DNA of 64,000 bases, taken from assembly GCA_012026655.1 (NCBI GenBank), contig JAAILG010000196.1, positions 1 through 64,000 on the forward strand. Direction: 5' to 3'. Position numbers and translations under genes: made by a program. The notes beneath the pieces are model-generated. The model was given only the letters and a program-made list of their open reading frames with translations. It ran no database searches and was not told where the DNA came from. The DNA is from Hydrolagus affinis. Its lineage: Eukaryota. This document shows, one piece after another, positions 62,637 to 64,000 of the stretch (positions are counted from its first letter, which is position 1; each line of letters starts with the position of its first letter).

Positions 62637-63001
62637 ATAATAATAATAATACTAATACTAATAATAATAATAATCCTTGCATTTGATATAGCGCTTTCCA
62701 CATCTTATCAACGTCTCAAAGCGCTTCACAGAATATACTGTAAAGTGAATTGACTGTATACATTTGTGGGCGAATCGCGGCAGCCAATTGCGCACAGCAG
62801 TGTTCCACACACAGTCGTGGATTGAAATGACCAATTTTATTATTGTGTTTTTTTTGGAGGGATTATTATTAGGCGTGTGGAGTAAGGAAACTTGCCCAAG
62901 GTTTCGCCCTGACCTGCCTGGATTCGAACTAAGGTCTCCCCAGCTTGGATTCCCCAGCTTGCAAGATAAGTGCTCTAACCACTGGGCCACAGGAGCTCCA
63001 C
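62637..63001 (-). mobile_element. SINE, full length (head-duplication subfamily)
   Basis: Reverse complement closely matches 27424-27765; long (TTA)n tail at 62637-62674. Confidence 0.92.
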
Positions 63002-64000
63002 CTCTTATAAGCCTCTTAACTGATTAAAAGAGACGTCTTGCATTAATTTTCTACACGACAAATCAAAATGATAAACGTTCTTGTGATGTAAGTTGCTTTG
63101 AAAAAACAAAAATCCATAAATAAACTTTAAAGCTGTCAGGCAACTGGCAGGAGTAAAATGGGTAAGTGTGTGTATTCAAGTAAAACCTTTTACAGGGGCT
63201 TTAAGTAACCCGTTACTCTAATTCCTCATTCAACAAAGAGAGAGAGGGAAAATGCAGGTCATTCTACAGCAAAATTCAAAGCTTTTGTGCCAACTTTTAT
63301 CAACAGTGAAAAGAAAAAGTCTGCTGTATTGAGCAGAATCATAGCCAAAGCAAAGGTCACTTTAGTATCTACATTCATGAGTAACGAATAATAGAAACCT
63401 AGGAGTGACTAATCTTATCAAGGGGTGAAAATGATCCCATCCATTGTAAAAGTATCACAACTCTTTCTTAAATAACATGATTCTCAAGGTTTACAACCTC
63501 ACAATGTGGTATTCATCAATATGTATATAAAAATTTATACAAAGATGGTGAGGAAGGGGGAAATGGTCCTAATGTTGAAGGATTGGGGACACAGGGGAAA
63601 TTATTTAAAAAAATGAATGGAGTATTGGATCATTTAAGGTATTATATGAGGTAAACAAGGGCAATCTCACAACATTACAAGTTCAACCCAGTTGGCATTG
63701 TCCATAGTTTACAAACTGGCAGAAAAACAATCTCTACATTCAGAAAAAGAACCATCGCCTTTGTTTTCCTGCATTTAATAAATTGGCTTTTACCGTACCT
63801 GCAGATTATCTGAAAGTATGCGGCTACAAGCAGGGGCACCTTCTGTTTCTAACACTGATACTTATATTTAGTTATAAGTGCTAATCGATGACAGGTTCCC
63901 TATTTATACCTTAAGAGTGCCGCAATCACAGTCAAGGTTATCATTTACGAGAAATCTCACTTTCAAATATTTCAAATAGTGTCACCAGATGTAATTTATA

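Noticed and set aside
63798-63860. Possible further PLEKHG4 exon ending CAG|gtacgg
   Set aside because: Translations show no resemblance to the expected Sec14-like segment; the upstream exon is probably outside the window.

Overview
Vertebrate (not prokaryotic) genomic DNA. The repeat complement (tRNA/Deu-type SINEs, L2, CR1, Penelope-derived elements) suggests a cartilaginous fish, possibly a chimaera; this is an inference. The window holds two convergent spliced genes: KCTD19 on + (about 725-14420, 16 coding exons traced by GT-AG boundaries and phase, one junction unresolved) and the 3' part of a PLEKHG4/puratrophin-1-type RhoGEF on - (15 exons traced from 60521 to 17237 plus candidate terminal exons near 16.5-16.8 kb; Sec14-like end, spectrin-like, DH and PH regions). 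The 5' part of the RhoGEF lies beyond the window. This tail-to-tail arrangement matches my recollection of the human 16q22.1 locus. Most short ORFs in the supplied track are spurious or repeat-derived. The most notable signals are: (1) three minimal hammerhead-ribozyme motifs inside Penelope-like inverted-repeat elements in PLEKHG4 introns; (2) two independent intronic copies of exon fragments, each about 1.0-1.1 kb upstream of its source exon; (3) three candidate alternative C-termini for PLEKHG4, one ending in a PDZ-ligand-like STMV; (4) a perfect 22-bp inverted repeat 2.9 kb apart. Protein identifications rest on recalled family similarity, and no database searches were run.
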